Shown piece after piece: positions 1 to 9,186 of a stretch of DNA of 64,000 nucleotides. The position numbers and the translations under genes are program-made. The notes beneath the pieces were generated by a model that was given only the letters and a program-made list of their open reading frames with translations, was not told the origin of the DNA and searched no databases. Each line of letters starts with the position of its first letter. Position 1 is the stretch's first letter. Source of the stretch: Bacteroidales bacterium (GTDB lineage Bacteria > Bacteroidota > Bacteroidia > Bacteroidales > 4484-276); NCBI GenBank assembly GCA_014860585.1, contig JACZJL010000068.1:29042-93041 (forward strand). The letters are read 5' to 3'.

Positions 1-1750
1 TGATCTCGATTTTTGCTTTCGTACCGGCCGGTGTAACTATGGCGGAGATTTTTTCAGAAATCTGTTGTGCGGTGAATGGTCTGTAAATCTCTTTCACATG
101 GTTGATGATATCTTCTTTAGGTTTGTTCTCCTGGGCTTTGGCTTTTTTATATACCTCATTGATGATATGTTCCTGGCGGGTGTCGCGCAATAATTCAATA
201 GCCGCCCTGAAAGCAACAAATTCGCTGAGTTTGGTCATGTCGATACCATAGCAGTCGGGATAGCGGATTTGAGGTGCTGAAGAGGCAATCACGATCTTTT
301 TCGGATTGAGCCTGTCCAGAATGCGGATGATGCTCTGCTTCAGGGTTGTGCCTCTTACAATGGAATCGTCAATCACCACCAGGTTATCCACCCCTTCCCT
401 GATCACACCATAGGTGATATCGTAAACGTGACCTACCAGGTCATCGCGTCCGGTTTCTTTTGATATGAAAGTCCTGAGTTTAACGTCTTTTACTGCAATA
501 TCCTCCACTCTTGGCGAGAACTTCAGAATCTCAGCGATTTTTTCGGGTGTTGCCCCGTTACCAAGCTCCATGATACGGTCGGTCTTAATCTGATTGCAAA
601 ATATGTTGATCTCCTCGATCAACCCTTTGTATGCAACTGAAGCTGTGTTTGGGATGTAAGAGAAAACTGTGTTTTCGAGGTCATGATTAATGCTTTTCAG
701 AATGGCCGGTGTTAGCAACTTACCAAGGCGTTTTCGCTCTTTATAAATGTCGGTATCAGTACCCCGCGAAAAGTAGATGCGTTCAAAGGAGCATGACCTC
801 TTTTCTTTGACATCGGTAAACGGCACTTCCTCAATCCGGCCATCTTTTTTGATGATCAATACATGACCGGGCTTCAATTCCATGACTTTTCCGGCAGACA
901 AATTAAATGAAGTTTGAAGTACAGGGCGTTCGGAGGCTGCAACCGCTATCTCATCATCATAATAATAGAAAGCCGGTCTGATCCCTGACGGATCGCGCAT
1001 GATAAAAGCATCGCCATGGCCGAGCAGACCGGCAATCACATAACCGCCGTCCCAATATTTGGCTGCACGGCTTAAAACTTTTTTAATGTCGATGTTGGCA
1101 ACTATTTTGTCGGTGATCTCTTTTTTTACGTAGCCCAACCCTTTGTATTTTTCGTAATGCACCTCATTCTCCTCATCCAGAAAATGTCCAATTTTCTCAA
1201 GAATTGTAATTGTATCGGTGGTTTCGATCGGGTATTGTCCCAGTTCAACCAATTGGGCAAACAGCTCATCCACATTGGTCATGTTAAAGTTTCCGGCAAG
1301 AACAAGACTTTTGGTCATCCAGTTATTTTCGCGCAGGACCGGATGCAGGTTTTCCAGCTTATGCCCGCCAAAAGTACCGTAGCGCAAGTGTCCAAGGAAA
1401 AGTTCTCCTGTAAATTCGAGATTTTTCTTGAGCCACCCTGAGTCATTCAGCAGCTCAGGATGTTGGGTTTGAATTTTTGCAAATTGCCTGTAAATATGTT
1501 CAAAAATATCAATGATGGGTGTTGAGGAATTGGAGCGAAAACGGTTGATGTATCTCACCCCGGGTTCCACATCGAGTTTCAGATTGGCAATTCCGGCGCC
1601 ATCCTGTCCCCTGTTGTGCTGTTTTTGCATCATCAGATGCATTTTGTGAAGCGAGTAAAAAGGGCTTCCGTACTTTGCCTGGTAAAATTCCAATGGTTTC
1701 AGGAGCCTAAGCAGAGCAACCCCACATTCGTGATGAATGAATTCGCTCAT
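1..1750 (-). CDS. purF: amidophosphoribosyltransferase (glutamine PRPP amidotransferase), 3' end runs off the window start
   Basis: The reverse strand translates from the ATG (complement of 1748-1750) as MSEFIHHECGVALLRLLKPLEFYQAKYGSP... This has the N-terminal nucleophile Cys of a class-II glutamine amidotransferase followed by a PRTase domain. The reading frame stays open to position 1, so the gene is partial. Confidence 0.8.
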   Translation of the reverse strand, partial: MSEFIHHECGVALLRLLKPLEFYQAKYGSPFYSLHKMHLMMQKQHNRGQDGAGIANLKLDVEPGVRYINRFRSNSSTPIIDIFEHIYRQFAKIQTQHPELLNDSGWLKKNLEFTGELFLGHLRYGTFGGHKLENLHPVLRENNWMTKSLVLAGNFNMTNVDELFAQLVELGQYPIETTDTITILEKIGHFLDEENEVHYEKYKGLGYVKKEITDKIVANIDIKKVLSRAAKYWDGGYVIAGLLGHGDAFIMRDPSGIRPAFYYYDDEIAVAASERPVLQTSFNLSAGKVMELKPGHVLIIKKDGRIEEVPFTDVKEKRSCSFERIYFSRGTDTDIYKERKRLGKLLTPAILKSINHDLENTVFSYIPNTASVAYKGLIEEINIFCNQIKTDRIMELGNGATPEKIAEILKFSPRVEDIAVKDVKLRTFISKETGRDDLVGHVYDITYGVIREGVDNLVVIDDSIVRGTTLKQSIIRILDRLNPKKIVIASSAPQIRYPDCYGIDMTKLSEFVAFRAAIELLRDTRQEHIINEVYKKAKAQENKPKEDIINHVKEIYRPFTAQQISEKISAIVTPAGTKAKIEI

Positions 1751-1865
1751 CTTATGGATATTATCGTTTTTAGCATGATCGGTTTGCGTTGCAAAGGTAA
1801 TACGGAAAGGGGAATCAGATGTGATAATTTATAAAGTTTTCCATTTTTCTGGTTAACTCACCTGA

Positions 1866-4073
1866 CTAATCGCCGATGAAAATTGGATTGGCAACATGGT
1901 TCCGTTTTTCCGAAACCATTCCGATGATTGACGCACTAAGTCCGAATTGCCGGATATATTCCTCTGCATCTTTTTTTGGTAATGAAATCAGCAATCCTCC
2001 TGATGTCTGGGCGTCGCAAAGGATAAGTCTGGTAATTTCCGGGATGTCTTTATCCCATTCAACCACCCCGGAGACAAAATCGAGATTATTACGGGTTCCG
2101 CCGGGAATTGATCCGGCCATCGCCAATTCGTAGGTACCTTCGATGAATGGCACCATGGATGCGTTTATTTTAACCTGAACTCCTGATGCCATTACCATTT
2201 CCTTCAAATGTCCAAGCAATCCGAAGCCGGTGATATCGGTGCAGGAATTTACAGGAAATGACTCCATTAATTTTGCTGCTTTTGCATTGAGTTCGGCCAT
2301 AACATTGCGGGCTGATAGGGCAGTTTTTTCATCTGCCAGTCCCCGCTTAACAGCAGTGGAGATAATTCCGGTCCCAATGGGCTTGGTCAAAATCAACACA
2401 TCGCCGGGTTTGGCGCCGGCATTAGAAATCACCTTTGAAGGATGAACAACTCCTGTAACCACCATACCAAACTTTGGCTCGGTGTCTTCAACTGTGTGCC
2501 CGCCAAGTACCGATATTCCAGCTTCAGCTGCCTTGTCTGAGGCGCCCCTGAGAATATCTTTCAGCACCTGCATGGGCAAACGGTTATCGGGAAATCCGAC
2601 GATATTGAGGGCAAAAAGTGGTTTTGCGCCCATCGCATAAATATCGCTCAGCGCATTGGCAGCAGCAATGGCGCCGAAGTAATACGGATCATCCACAACC
2701 GGGGTGAAGAAGTCAACAGTCTGAACAATTGCAGTGCTCTCATTGATCAGGTAAACTGCCGCATCGTCGGATGTGCTGGCGCCAATCAGCACATTTTTAT
2801 CGAACACCTGAGGCAGATCTTTAAGCACCTGCTCGAGATATTGCGGCCTTATTTTACAAGCACAACCTAACCCATGTGTAAAACTCGTCAGCTTGATTTC
2901 TCCGGTTTGAATTTCAACATTTTGGGTAACATGTTCTTTTGGCCTGAGCCTGTGAACTGCTTTAATTATGATTTGTGCAGCTTTTTCCATATCAGCAGCA
3001 GTACTTAGTTTCCCCGTGGAAAAACGAATGGTTCCCATGGCAATATCAACCGGAATTTTCATCGCCGTTAGTACGGCCGACACATCCACATGGTCAGCAT
3101 GACAAGCAGCTCCTGCTGAGGCAGCGATCCCTTTCAGTTCATCAAGCAATGTATTGGCTTCAATTTTCGGAAAACTCAGGCTCAATGTGTTTGGCAACCG
3201 GAAATCAGGGTGGCCGTTTAACTTGATGCCCGGCAGGGCTTCGGTCAACAGTTGTTGAAGCAAGTCGCGGGACGATTTCATCTGTCGGGTGTTGGCTTCA
3301 AGATCCCGTTTGGCAATTTCTGCCGCTTTTCCCAAACCAACAATTTCGAGTACGTTTTCGGTACCGGCACGCAGGTTTTGTTCGTGGTTGGCGCCATGCA
3401 TCAGCTTTTGCAATTTCACTCCCCGCCGGATAAACAAAGCGCCAATCCCTTTAGGTGCATACAACTTGTGCCCGGCCACTGAAAGCAGGTCAACACCCAT
3501 TTTCCTGACATCGGTGTCAATTTTGCCAACAGATTGGGCTGCATCGGAATGGAAAATTATTCCGTGATTTTGGGCAATTTTCCCAATTTCAGAAACGGCC
3601 TGAATCGTTCCCACTTCATTGTTGGCGTGCATGACGCTGATGAGAATGGTGGCCGGCGTGATGGCTTTTTCGATGTCACCTGGATTTACTCTCCCAAATT
3701 CATCAACATTTACATAAGTAATTCTGAAACCCTGTGATTCCAGGTAACTGCAAACCTCAGTAACTGCAGGATGCTCAATGGTGGAGGTGATGATATGATT
3801 CCCCTGGTCGCGGTTCTGAAATGCAACCCCTTTGATGGCATAATTGTTAGACTCGGTACCACCGCTGGTAAAAACGATCTCATCAGGGAAGCAGTTGAGC
3901 AGTGCTGCTATTTGGCGCCGGGCCTGTTCCACAGCCCTTCTGGTTTGAACCCCATAAATATGGCTGCTTGAGGGGTTTCCAAACAGCTCTTCCAAAAATG
4001 GGCGCATGGCCTCTGCAACTTCACGGTCAACCGGTGTGGTTGCGTTATAATCCAGGTATATTGAGGTTTCCAT
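1866..4073 (-). CDS. selD: fusion protein: NifS-like cysteine desulfurase/selenocysteine lyase (class V aminotransferase) at the N-terminus and selenophosphate synthetase SelD at the C-terminus
   Basis: 735 aa. The N-terminal half (METSIYLDYNATTPVDREVAEAM...SVAGHKLYAPKGIGALFIR) is a PLP-dependent NifS/IscS-like fold with the Lys of the SxxGHK motif. The C-terminal half has the SelD signature LGCACK with Cys at the Sec/Cys position, followed by an AIR-synthase-like fold. Confidence 0.8.
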   Translation of the reverse strand: METSIYLDYNATTPVDREVAEAMRPFLEELFGNPSSSHIYGVQTRRAVEQARRQIAALLNCFPDEIVFTSGGTESNNYAIKGVAFQNRDQGNHIITSTIEHPAVTEVCSYLESQGFRITYVNVDEFGRVNPGDIEKAITPATILISVMHANNEVGTIQAVSEIGKIAQNHGIIFHSDAAQSVGKIDTDVRKMGVDLLSVAGHKLYAPKGIGALFIRRGVKLQKLMHGANHEQNLRAGTENVLEIVGLGKAAEIAKRDLEANTRQMKSSRDLLQQLLTEALPGIKLNGHPDFRLPNTLSLSFPKIEANTLLDELKGIAASAGAACHADHVDVSAVLTAMKIPVDIAMGTIRFSTGKLSTAADMEKAAQIIIKAVHRLRPKEHVTQNVEIQTGEIKLTSFTHGLGCACKIRPQYLEQVLKDLPQVFDKNVLIGASTSDDAAVYLINESTAIVQTVDFFTPVVDDPYYFGAIAAANALSDIYAMGAKPLFALNIVGFPDNRLPMQVLKDILRGASDKAAEAGISVLGGHTVEDTEPKFGMVVTGVVHPSKVISNAGAKPGDVLILTKPIGTGIISTAVKRGLADEKTALSARNVMAELNAKAAKLMESFPVNSCTDITGFGLLGHLKEMVMASGVQVKINASMVPFIEGTYELAMAGSIPGGTRNNLDFVSGVVEWDKDIPEITRLILCDAQTSGGLLISLPKKDAEEYIRQFGLSASIIGMVSEKRNHVANPIFIGD

Positions 4074-4081
4074 TCTGTTTG

Positions 4082-5116
4082 TTAAATGAGTTGGTATTTA
4101 TTGCAGAAATCGATCACTTCGCGTGCGTTGGCTTCTGCATCAGCAGTTTGTACCGGTACTGTAAAAGTCTTGTCCTTGACTTTTTTAGTCAGGTCGTAGC
4201 AATAGGCTTTGTCATAATAATCTAAGACAATGTCAATGGCCGTTCCAAAGTCGTCCTGCCCGATAGCGTTCACGGCAGTTTTCATATTTTGCCCGCCAAG
4301 GCGCCGGCTGATTTTCTCGATTGAATGGATGAGCAGTGGCTTCGGGTATTTGGCATAATCATCAATCAACCTTTCAATTCTCAATTTCTTTGGCATTTCA
4401 AGGCTGATGACGCTAGCCTTGCTCATTTTGAAATGCAATATTTCCGGAATAAAAACCCTGCCGATCATCCGGCTTTCATCCTCGATCCAGATTGGCTTTT
4501 GAAAATCAAACAGCTGCCATACTTCAGCAAGGTCATTTTCAAACTGCTCGCTGTTGGGTTGATCAACTTCGCCGATCGCTCCAAATGCGGACCCTTTGTG
4601 ATGAGCAAAGCGTTCGAGATCAAGCACCTGATGCCCCAAATGTTGAAGGACATGAAGGATTTCTGTTTTACCTGATCCTGTTTTTCCGGAAAGAATGATC
4701 ATTTTACTGGCTTTTTCCCAAAAACGGCTGTTGAAACGCCGGTATGCCTTGTATCCGCCCTTAAGCACATTAACCTCAAATCCGGCTGTAGATAAAAGCC
4801 ACGCCATCCCTTCGGAACGCATTCCACCCCGCCAGCAGTGCAAGAGTAACTTTCGTCCCGGTGCAATCTTTCGCGCCTGTTTCACAAAACCGGACAATTT
4901 ACATCCAACCAGGTCGAGTCCTTTCAGAATGGCAGGTTCACGGCCTTGCTGCTTGTAAGTAATTCCCACTGCTTTTCTCTCTTCATCATCGAAAAGCGGA
5001 AGATTGAAAGCATCGGGGATATGCCCGACCGTAAACTCGCCCGGCGACCGGACATCAACTGCGGGAAGTGATTTCCGTAACCGCTTGAACTCTGCTATAT
5101 CTACTGGATGTATCAT
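4082..5116 (-). CDS. selU: tRNA 2-selenouridine synthase (SelU/MnmH/YbbB): rhodanese domain plus P-loop
   Basis: 344 aa. A rhodanese domain carries the active-site Cys (LLLHCWRGGMRSEG), followed by a Walker A motif (ILSGKTGSGKTEIL). It lies 8 nt upstream of the selD fusion on the same strand. Confidence 0.8.
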   Translation of the reverse strand: MIHPVDIAEFKRLRKSLPAVDVRSPGEFTVGHIPDAFNLPLFDDEERKAVGITYKQQGREPAILKGLDLVGCKLSGFVKQARKIAPGRKLLLHCWRGGMRSEGMAWLLSTAGFEVNVLKGGYKAYRRFNSRFWEKASKMIILSGKTGSGKTEILHVLQHLGHQVLDLERFAHHKGSAFGAIGEVDQPNSEQFENDLAEVWQLFDFQKPIWIEDESRMIGRVFIPEILHFKMSKASVISLEMPKKLRIERLIDDYAKYPKPLLIHSIEKISRRLGGQNMKTAVNAIGQDDFGTAIDIVLDYYDKAYCYDLTKKVKDKTFTVPVQTADAEANAREVIDFCNKYQLI

Positions 5117-5131
5117 TTGATCGTCGGTTCG

Positions 5132-5773
5132 CTATTTTCTGCCAAAATCAGCCGGAATTTCTCCCCACTTTTCAGTGTTCCATTTGAGAACGGGTGTTTC
5201 CCAAAGGTTGGTTTTAAGCCATTTCTCGGCGCGTTGAATCAGCTCAAAAAGTTTTGCGTTACCCGAAGTTTGTTCGAGTTTAGTTTTGGCATGTTTGTTT
5301 TTAACCCATGCCCTTGCAGTTTCCGAATCAGTGTAAACAGGTATCACTTTTCCTTTCTCTTTGAGTAATGCCAAAGCATGCACAAGTGCCAGAAACTCGC
5401 CGATGTTGTTGGTTCCCTCCTCAAAAGGACCACCATGAAAGATTCGTTTTCCGTTTTTTGTGTAAACACCCTGGTACTCCATCACACCGGGGTTTCCGCT
5501 GCAGGCTGCATCCACAGAGATGCTTTCCCAGATAATTCCTTCGCGGCTTTTTTCTATTTCATCAAAACTCATCGTGGGACCTCCCAAATTCTTCCCAAGA
5601 TAGCTCCACATATTCCCCCTGAAAGCCTCAACAGCTTCAATTTCAGTTGCAAATGACTTGAATCTTGCACCCTCAAATCCGCTGATCTGTGCCTGACATT
5701 CGTCCCAACTCCGGTAAATACCAGGATTAAGACCAATCCAAACAACATAAAACTTGCTTCCTTTTTTAGCCAT
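5132..5773 (-). CDS. rnhA: ribonuclease HI with an N-terminal hybrid-binding (caulimovirus viroplasmin-like) domain
   Basis: 213 aa. The N-terminus (KFYVVWIGLNPGIYRSWDECQAQISGFEGARFKSF) is an RNase H1-type hybrid-binding domain. The C-terminus has an RNase H fold (DAACSGNPGVMEY...TNNIGEFLAL...YTDSE). Confidence 0.7.
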   Translation of the reverse strand: MAKKGSKFYVVWIGLNPGIYRSWDECQAQISGFEGARFKSFATEIEAVEAFRGNMWSYLGKNLGGPTMSFDEIEKSREGIIWESISVDAACSGNPGVMEYQGVYTKNGKRIFHGGPFEEGTNNIGEFLALVHALALLKEKGKVIPVYTDSETARAWVKNKHAKTKLEQTSGNAKLFELIQRAEKWLKTNLWETPVLKWNTEKWGEIPADFGRK

Positions 5774-5816
5774 TACCGATTTCAGTTAATTTTGCAAAAA
5801 TCAGAATTCTGCAAAA

Positions 5817-6191
5817 ATGAAGAAATTAATCTACCTGGCGGCTATAATAGCAGCATTGGTTTTAATAGTTTTTACTTTCTACCTGCAATATCGAACGATC
5901 ACTGATTTTCAATTGGGAATCAATGTTTTGATCGTCTTATTTCTGACAGTTTTCGGTGCTTACGGGCTCTATGCCGAAAATCTTTTCAAGCTTCTCAGGG
6001 CATCGGGGAAAAATGAAAACCTATGTGTTGAAGCCAGTTACTTCATTCAAAAAAAGGGATGGTTAGGTAAAATTCTGCTTTTCCCATTCATTAAAATAAA
6101 ATCCAGCAACTCTGTCGTTATATCCTTCTTTGGCGCTTTTACCTGGGTAGTTATTTTATTGATCATTTTTCAGGCGATTAAAAAGGGTTAA
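5817..6191 (+). CDS. small hypothetical membrane protein (3-4 predicted TM helices)
   Basis: 124 aa ORF with hydrophobic TM-like segments. It ends 2 nt before the GldH-like gene, so the two are probably co-transcribed. Confidence 0.4.
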   Translation: MKKLIYLAAIIAALVLIVFTFYLQYRTITDFQLGINVLIVLFLTVFGAYGLYAENLFKLLRASGKNENLCVEASYFIQKKGWLGKILLFPFIKIKSSNSVVISFFGAFTWVVILLIIFQAIKKG

Positions 6192-6193
6192 AA

Positions 6194-6664
6194 ATGAGAA
6201 AAATCATATTGATCATTCTTTGGGGCGCATTATGGCTTGGCGGATGCAAAAAACAGGACGAACATTCTCAATTCCACCAGTTTAAGAATGGCGTCTGGGA
6301 ACGCTTTGAGTTTGTTAATTTTGAATTTCCTGTTCACGATGCCCGACAGCGTTGGGATATCTATCTTGTGCTCAGGTATAATGAAAGTTTCCAGGGGAGG
6401 CTTTTACCGTTGAATATTGAGATGGTGACTCCTTCAGGTGACTCGCGGGTAAAGGATTACAATCTTTTTCTACGAAGTGTCAACAACGATGAAATAACCG
6501 GGGAGAGAAGTGATGGTTTTTATGAGCAGAAAGTGTTGACGCACCCCCAATTCTCCTTTAGTGAGAAGGGAATCTGCAAGTTCGAAATCGAAAATCTGAA
6601 TTCGAACTACTTCACACAGGGCATCCTCGAAATTGGTTTTATCCTTGAACCATCTTCGAATTAA
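6194..6664 (+). CDS. gldH: gliding-motility lipoprotein, GldH-like
   Basis: 156 aa. It has a lipoprotein signal (LWLGGC|KK). The conserved positions, as I recall the GldH family, are FKxF..W, LRYN/LRNN, an MxxPxG block, FSFSEKGICKFEIEN (compare FVFPEKGIYKINIE in Flavobacterium GldH) and GIxxIGFxxE near the C-terminus. Confidence 0.45.
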   Translation: MRKIILIILWGALWLGGCKKQDEHSQFHQFKNGVWERFEFVNFEFPVHDARQRWDIYLVLRYNESFQGRLLPLNIEMVTPSGDSRVKDYNLFLRSVNNDEITGERSDGFYEQKVLTHPQFSFSEKGICKFEIENLNSNYFTQGILEIGFILEPSSN

Positions 6665-6761
6665 AAAAACATTAAAAGTCTTTATTTACCATGGAATGCT
6701 GATCATCTCTACAGACAACCATGAAACAACCTTTTCCTCTAAATGATTTCATCCTGAGAAA

Positions 6762-7472
6762 TCAGAACAATCGCTCGATTTCTTCAAGATACTTACCACG
6801 AAGATAAATGATGTTGGCCATATCAATTTCTTCGTGATAAATGCGGATGGTATCAATAACACCTTTTGGAGTAAAAAATACCCCAAGCGCAGCATCGAAG
6901 TTGTTGTATTCCGAATTGGGTTTCAGCCTTAGGGTAATGTCTTCAAACAGCTCCCAACTGATCAGTCCGGGTATTTTAAAATAAGCCATGGAGGGAACAT
7001 CGATATCGATATAAAAATCATTACCAACTTCCTTCAGGTTGAAATACTTCCTGATTTTGATCAACCCTTCAAAAGGTTCAATGACTTTGTCCTTCATAAA
7101 CTCCACACCGGCTTTACGGTAGGCTTCAATCAACTCATGAATATTTTTGTAGGAGGCCATGTCCTTAATCCTGATGCACGGATGCATCACATTAAAAACC
7201 GTTACCAGGCCAGGCGTAGCATCAAAATGATCTGGATAGTGCTTTTTCACTGCCATTGTCGCTCTGATAATGTGTTCACCCGAGTACTTTTTATCCGTAA
7301 CCAGGAAAAGGCTCATCGGTTTAAGATGATCAGGTATAGTGGTTCCATGATATCCGGGATAGGGTTCCCGGGTTTCAAGAACAAGGGCATTGGCAGTATC
7401 GTGCTCAATAGAGGCCAGGGTTTCTTTCTTGGTAATATAACCCAGGGTTTCAAGTATTTTTTCTGTGCTCAT
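6762..7472 (-). CDS. hypothetical soluble protein, no family recognised
   Basis: 236 aa clean ORF with no TM helix and no signal peptide. It appears monocistronic, lying between gldH and an orphan FtsX permease. Confidence 0.5.
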   Translation of the reverse strand: MSTEKILETLGYITKKETLASIEHDTANALVLETREPYPGYHGTTIPDHLKPMSLFLVTDKKYSGEHIIRATMAVKKHYPDHFDATPGLVTVFNVMHPCIRIKDMASYKNIHELIEAYRKAGVEFMKDKVIEPFEGLIKIRKYFNLKEVGNDFYIDIDVPSMAYFKIPGLISWELFEDITLRLKPNSEYNNFDAALGVFFTPKGVIDTIRIYHEEIDMANIIYLRGKYLEEIERLF

Positions 7473-7724
7473 CTTAGTATTGTTAATCTTTACTTAAACA
7501 TTGTCTCCGGCAAAATTGTTTAAAATTTAAACCGGCGAAATAATTTTTTGATCATTTTTCAGCATTCTCATGAAAATGTCGTCAGGTAAAACCATATTTT
7601 CAATGTTTTCTCACTTAATAAATTATTCATTGTATGCCGGTAAACAACTTTCCTCTTCCATGCATGTCCATTGAATTAACACCAAAATTTCCCTCAAAAG
7701 GTAAAGTTCGTGTTTTGAAAGTGA

Positions 7725-8972
7725 TCAATATCCAAACCGGATGGCTTCAACAGGATCGAGGCGGGCGGCAACCCAGGCTGGAACAAATCCGGAAATCAAT
7801 CCAATAAAAGTGGAGATTACAAGCCCCAACAAAATGTTTTTTTGTGAAAGAATTAGCGGAAACGACATAGCATCCTGAAATAACAACATTCCGATAAAAA
7901 TAAGGATTAACCCAATGATCCCGCCAAGAAGTGAAAGGAACACTGCTTCGAACAGGAACTGTAGCAGGATGAAATAATTTTTGGCGCCGATGGCTTTTTG
8001 TATCCCAATGATATTCGTCCTTTCACGAACCGAAACAAACATGATATTGGCAATTCCAAACCCCCCGACTAAAAGGGAGAATCCCCCGATGATCCAGCCA
8101 ATAACAGCCAGCCCACTGAAGAATGCCTGCAGTCCCTGATTGATTACGCTCACTTCATTTAGTGCAAAATTACTTTCTTCTCCGGGTTTTAGCTTGCGCA
8201 ACGAACGCATAATCCCTGTCATTTCATCCATCAGTTGCGTGTTGGACACACCTGATTTGGCTTTGACGACGATGGTTGTTCCAATATTGCGGGTGTTCAC
8301 AAAATTCCTCGCAAAATTTACAGGTATCATAACCTGCTCATCGTTTGAATTACCAAAAGCGCCTTCGCCCTGCAACTTTAAAATTCCAATGACATTAGCT
8401 CTGTTGCCACCTATTTTGATGGTCTGACCAAGCGGATCAACACCTGGAAAAAGTTCTTCTGCTATTTTAGCGCCAATAATAGCCACATTGCGCCCACCTT
8501 GTGACTCCAGCCTCGTAAAATAACGCCCCTCCTGAATATCAACCGGCATCACTTTATCGTGGTCATGCGATATGGCAATGATGTTAACATCCTCATAAGT
8601 ATTACTGCGAAAACTCACTGACCGCTGAATATCGAACATAAAAGCAGCTGCATCAGTAGCATTACTGCGATGCTGGATTTCTTCCATTTCAGCAACGGTA
8701 GCCTCAGGGCGGTTCATGTACTTCCACCAGGGATAATCCCCTCCTCCCATCATCCAGGGCCATTTCTGAATAAATAATACATTGGACCCCAAATCGTCAA
8801 GACTGCTGCGAATGCTTCGCTCGAGAGAATCGAAAACAGAAAGTACCGAGATTACTGAAAAAATACCAATAGTAATCCCTAATAATGATAGAAGCGTCCG
8901 CACCTTGTTGACCACAATGGCGTTGAAGGCAAAAAGATAACTCTCTCTGATAAGTTTTAAAAGTAAAAACAT
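7725..8972 (-). CDS. ABC transporter permease, FtsX/MacB family
   Basis: 415 aa. Topology is an N-terminal TM, a large periplasmic domain, then three C-terminal TMs with the FtsX motif region (NIMFVSVRERTNIIGIQKAIGAKN). No cognate ATPase gene is adjacent. Confidence 0.75.
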   Translation of the reverse strand: MFLLLKLIRESYLFAFNAIVVNKVRTLLSLLGITIGIFSVISVLSVFDSLERSIRSSLDDLGSNVLFIQKWPWMMGGGDYPWWKYMNRPEATVAEMEEIQHRSNATDAAAFMFDIQRSVSFRSNTYEDVNIIAISHDHDKVMPVDIQEGRYFTRLESQGGRNVAIIGAKIAEELFPGVDPLGQTIKIGGNRANVIGILKLQGEGAFGNSNDEQVMIPVNFARNFVNTRNIGTTIVVKAKSGVSNTQLMDEMTGIMRSLRKLKPGEESNFALNEVSVINQGLQAFFSGLAVIGWIIGGFSLLVGGFGIANIMFVSVRERTNIIGIQKAIGAKNYFILLQFLFEAVFLSLLGGIIGLILIFIGMLLFQDAMSFPLILSQKNILLGLVISTFIGLISGFVPAWVAARLDPVEAIRFGY

Positions 8973-9186
8973 AGGAAGGAACGGGTAATTTTTTAAGAAA
9001 TTAAGGCGAATCAGGAACTATTTTAACCAAACGCACTAAGTTTTATTGAATTGTTATTCACAGGATTATTTTTGGACAAAGAAAAGGAAAAATTAACCCT
9101 CAAAACTTTTTTCTATATTTTTGCAACCTCCTTTTTTTAAGGATGATGGAGCAAAAAGCACATCTACCAAATTAAGCATCACAACA

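Noticed and set aside
1157-4225. Numerous 60-120 aa plus-strand ORFs (for example 1157-1441, 1616-1834, 2230-2445, 2975-3226, 3252-3482, 3902-4225) overlapping purF and the selD fusion
   Set aside because: They lie antisense within long minus-strand genes that match strongly conserved enzymes. They are typical shadow ORFs in the opposite frame with no motif content.
9121-9186. TTG at 9121 as the purH start (longest ORF)
   Set aside because: The TTG is embedded in a TAttTTTG -7 promoter element (9116-9123). The N-terminal extension (MQPPFFKDDGAKSTS...) is absent from PurH proteins as I recall them. The in-frame TTG at 9187 gives the canonical MKKI.SALISV start.
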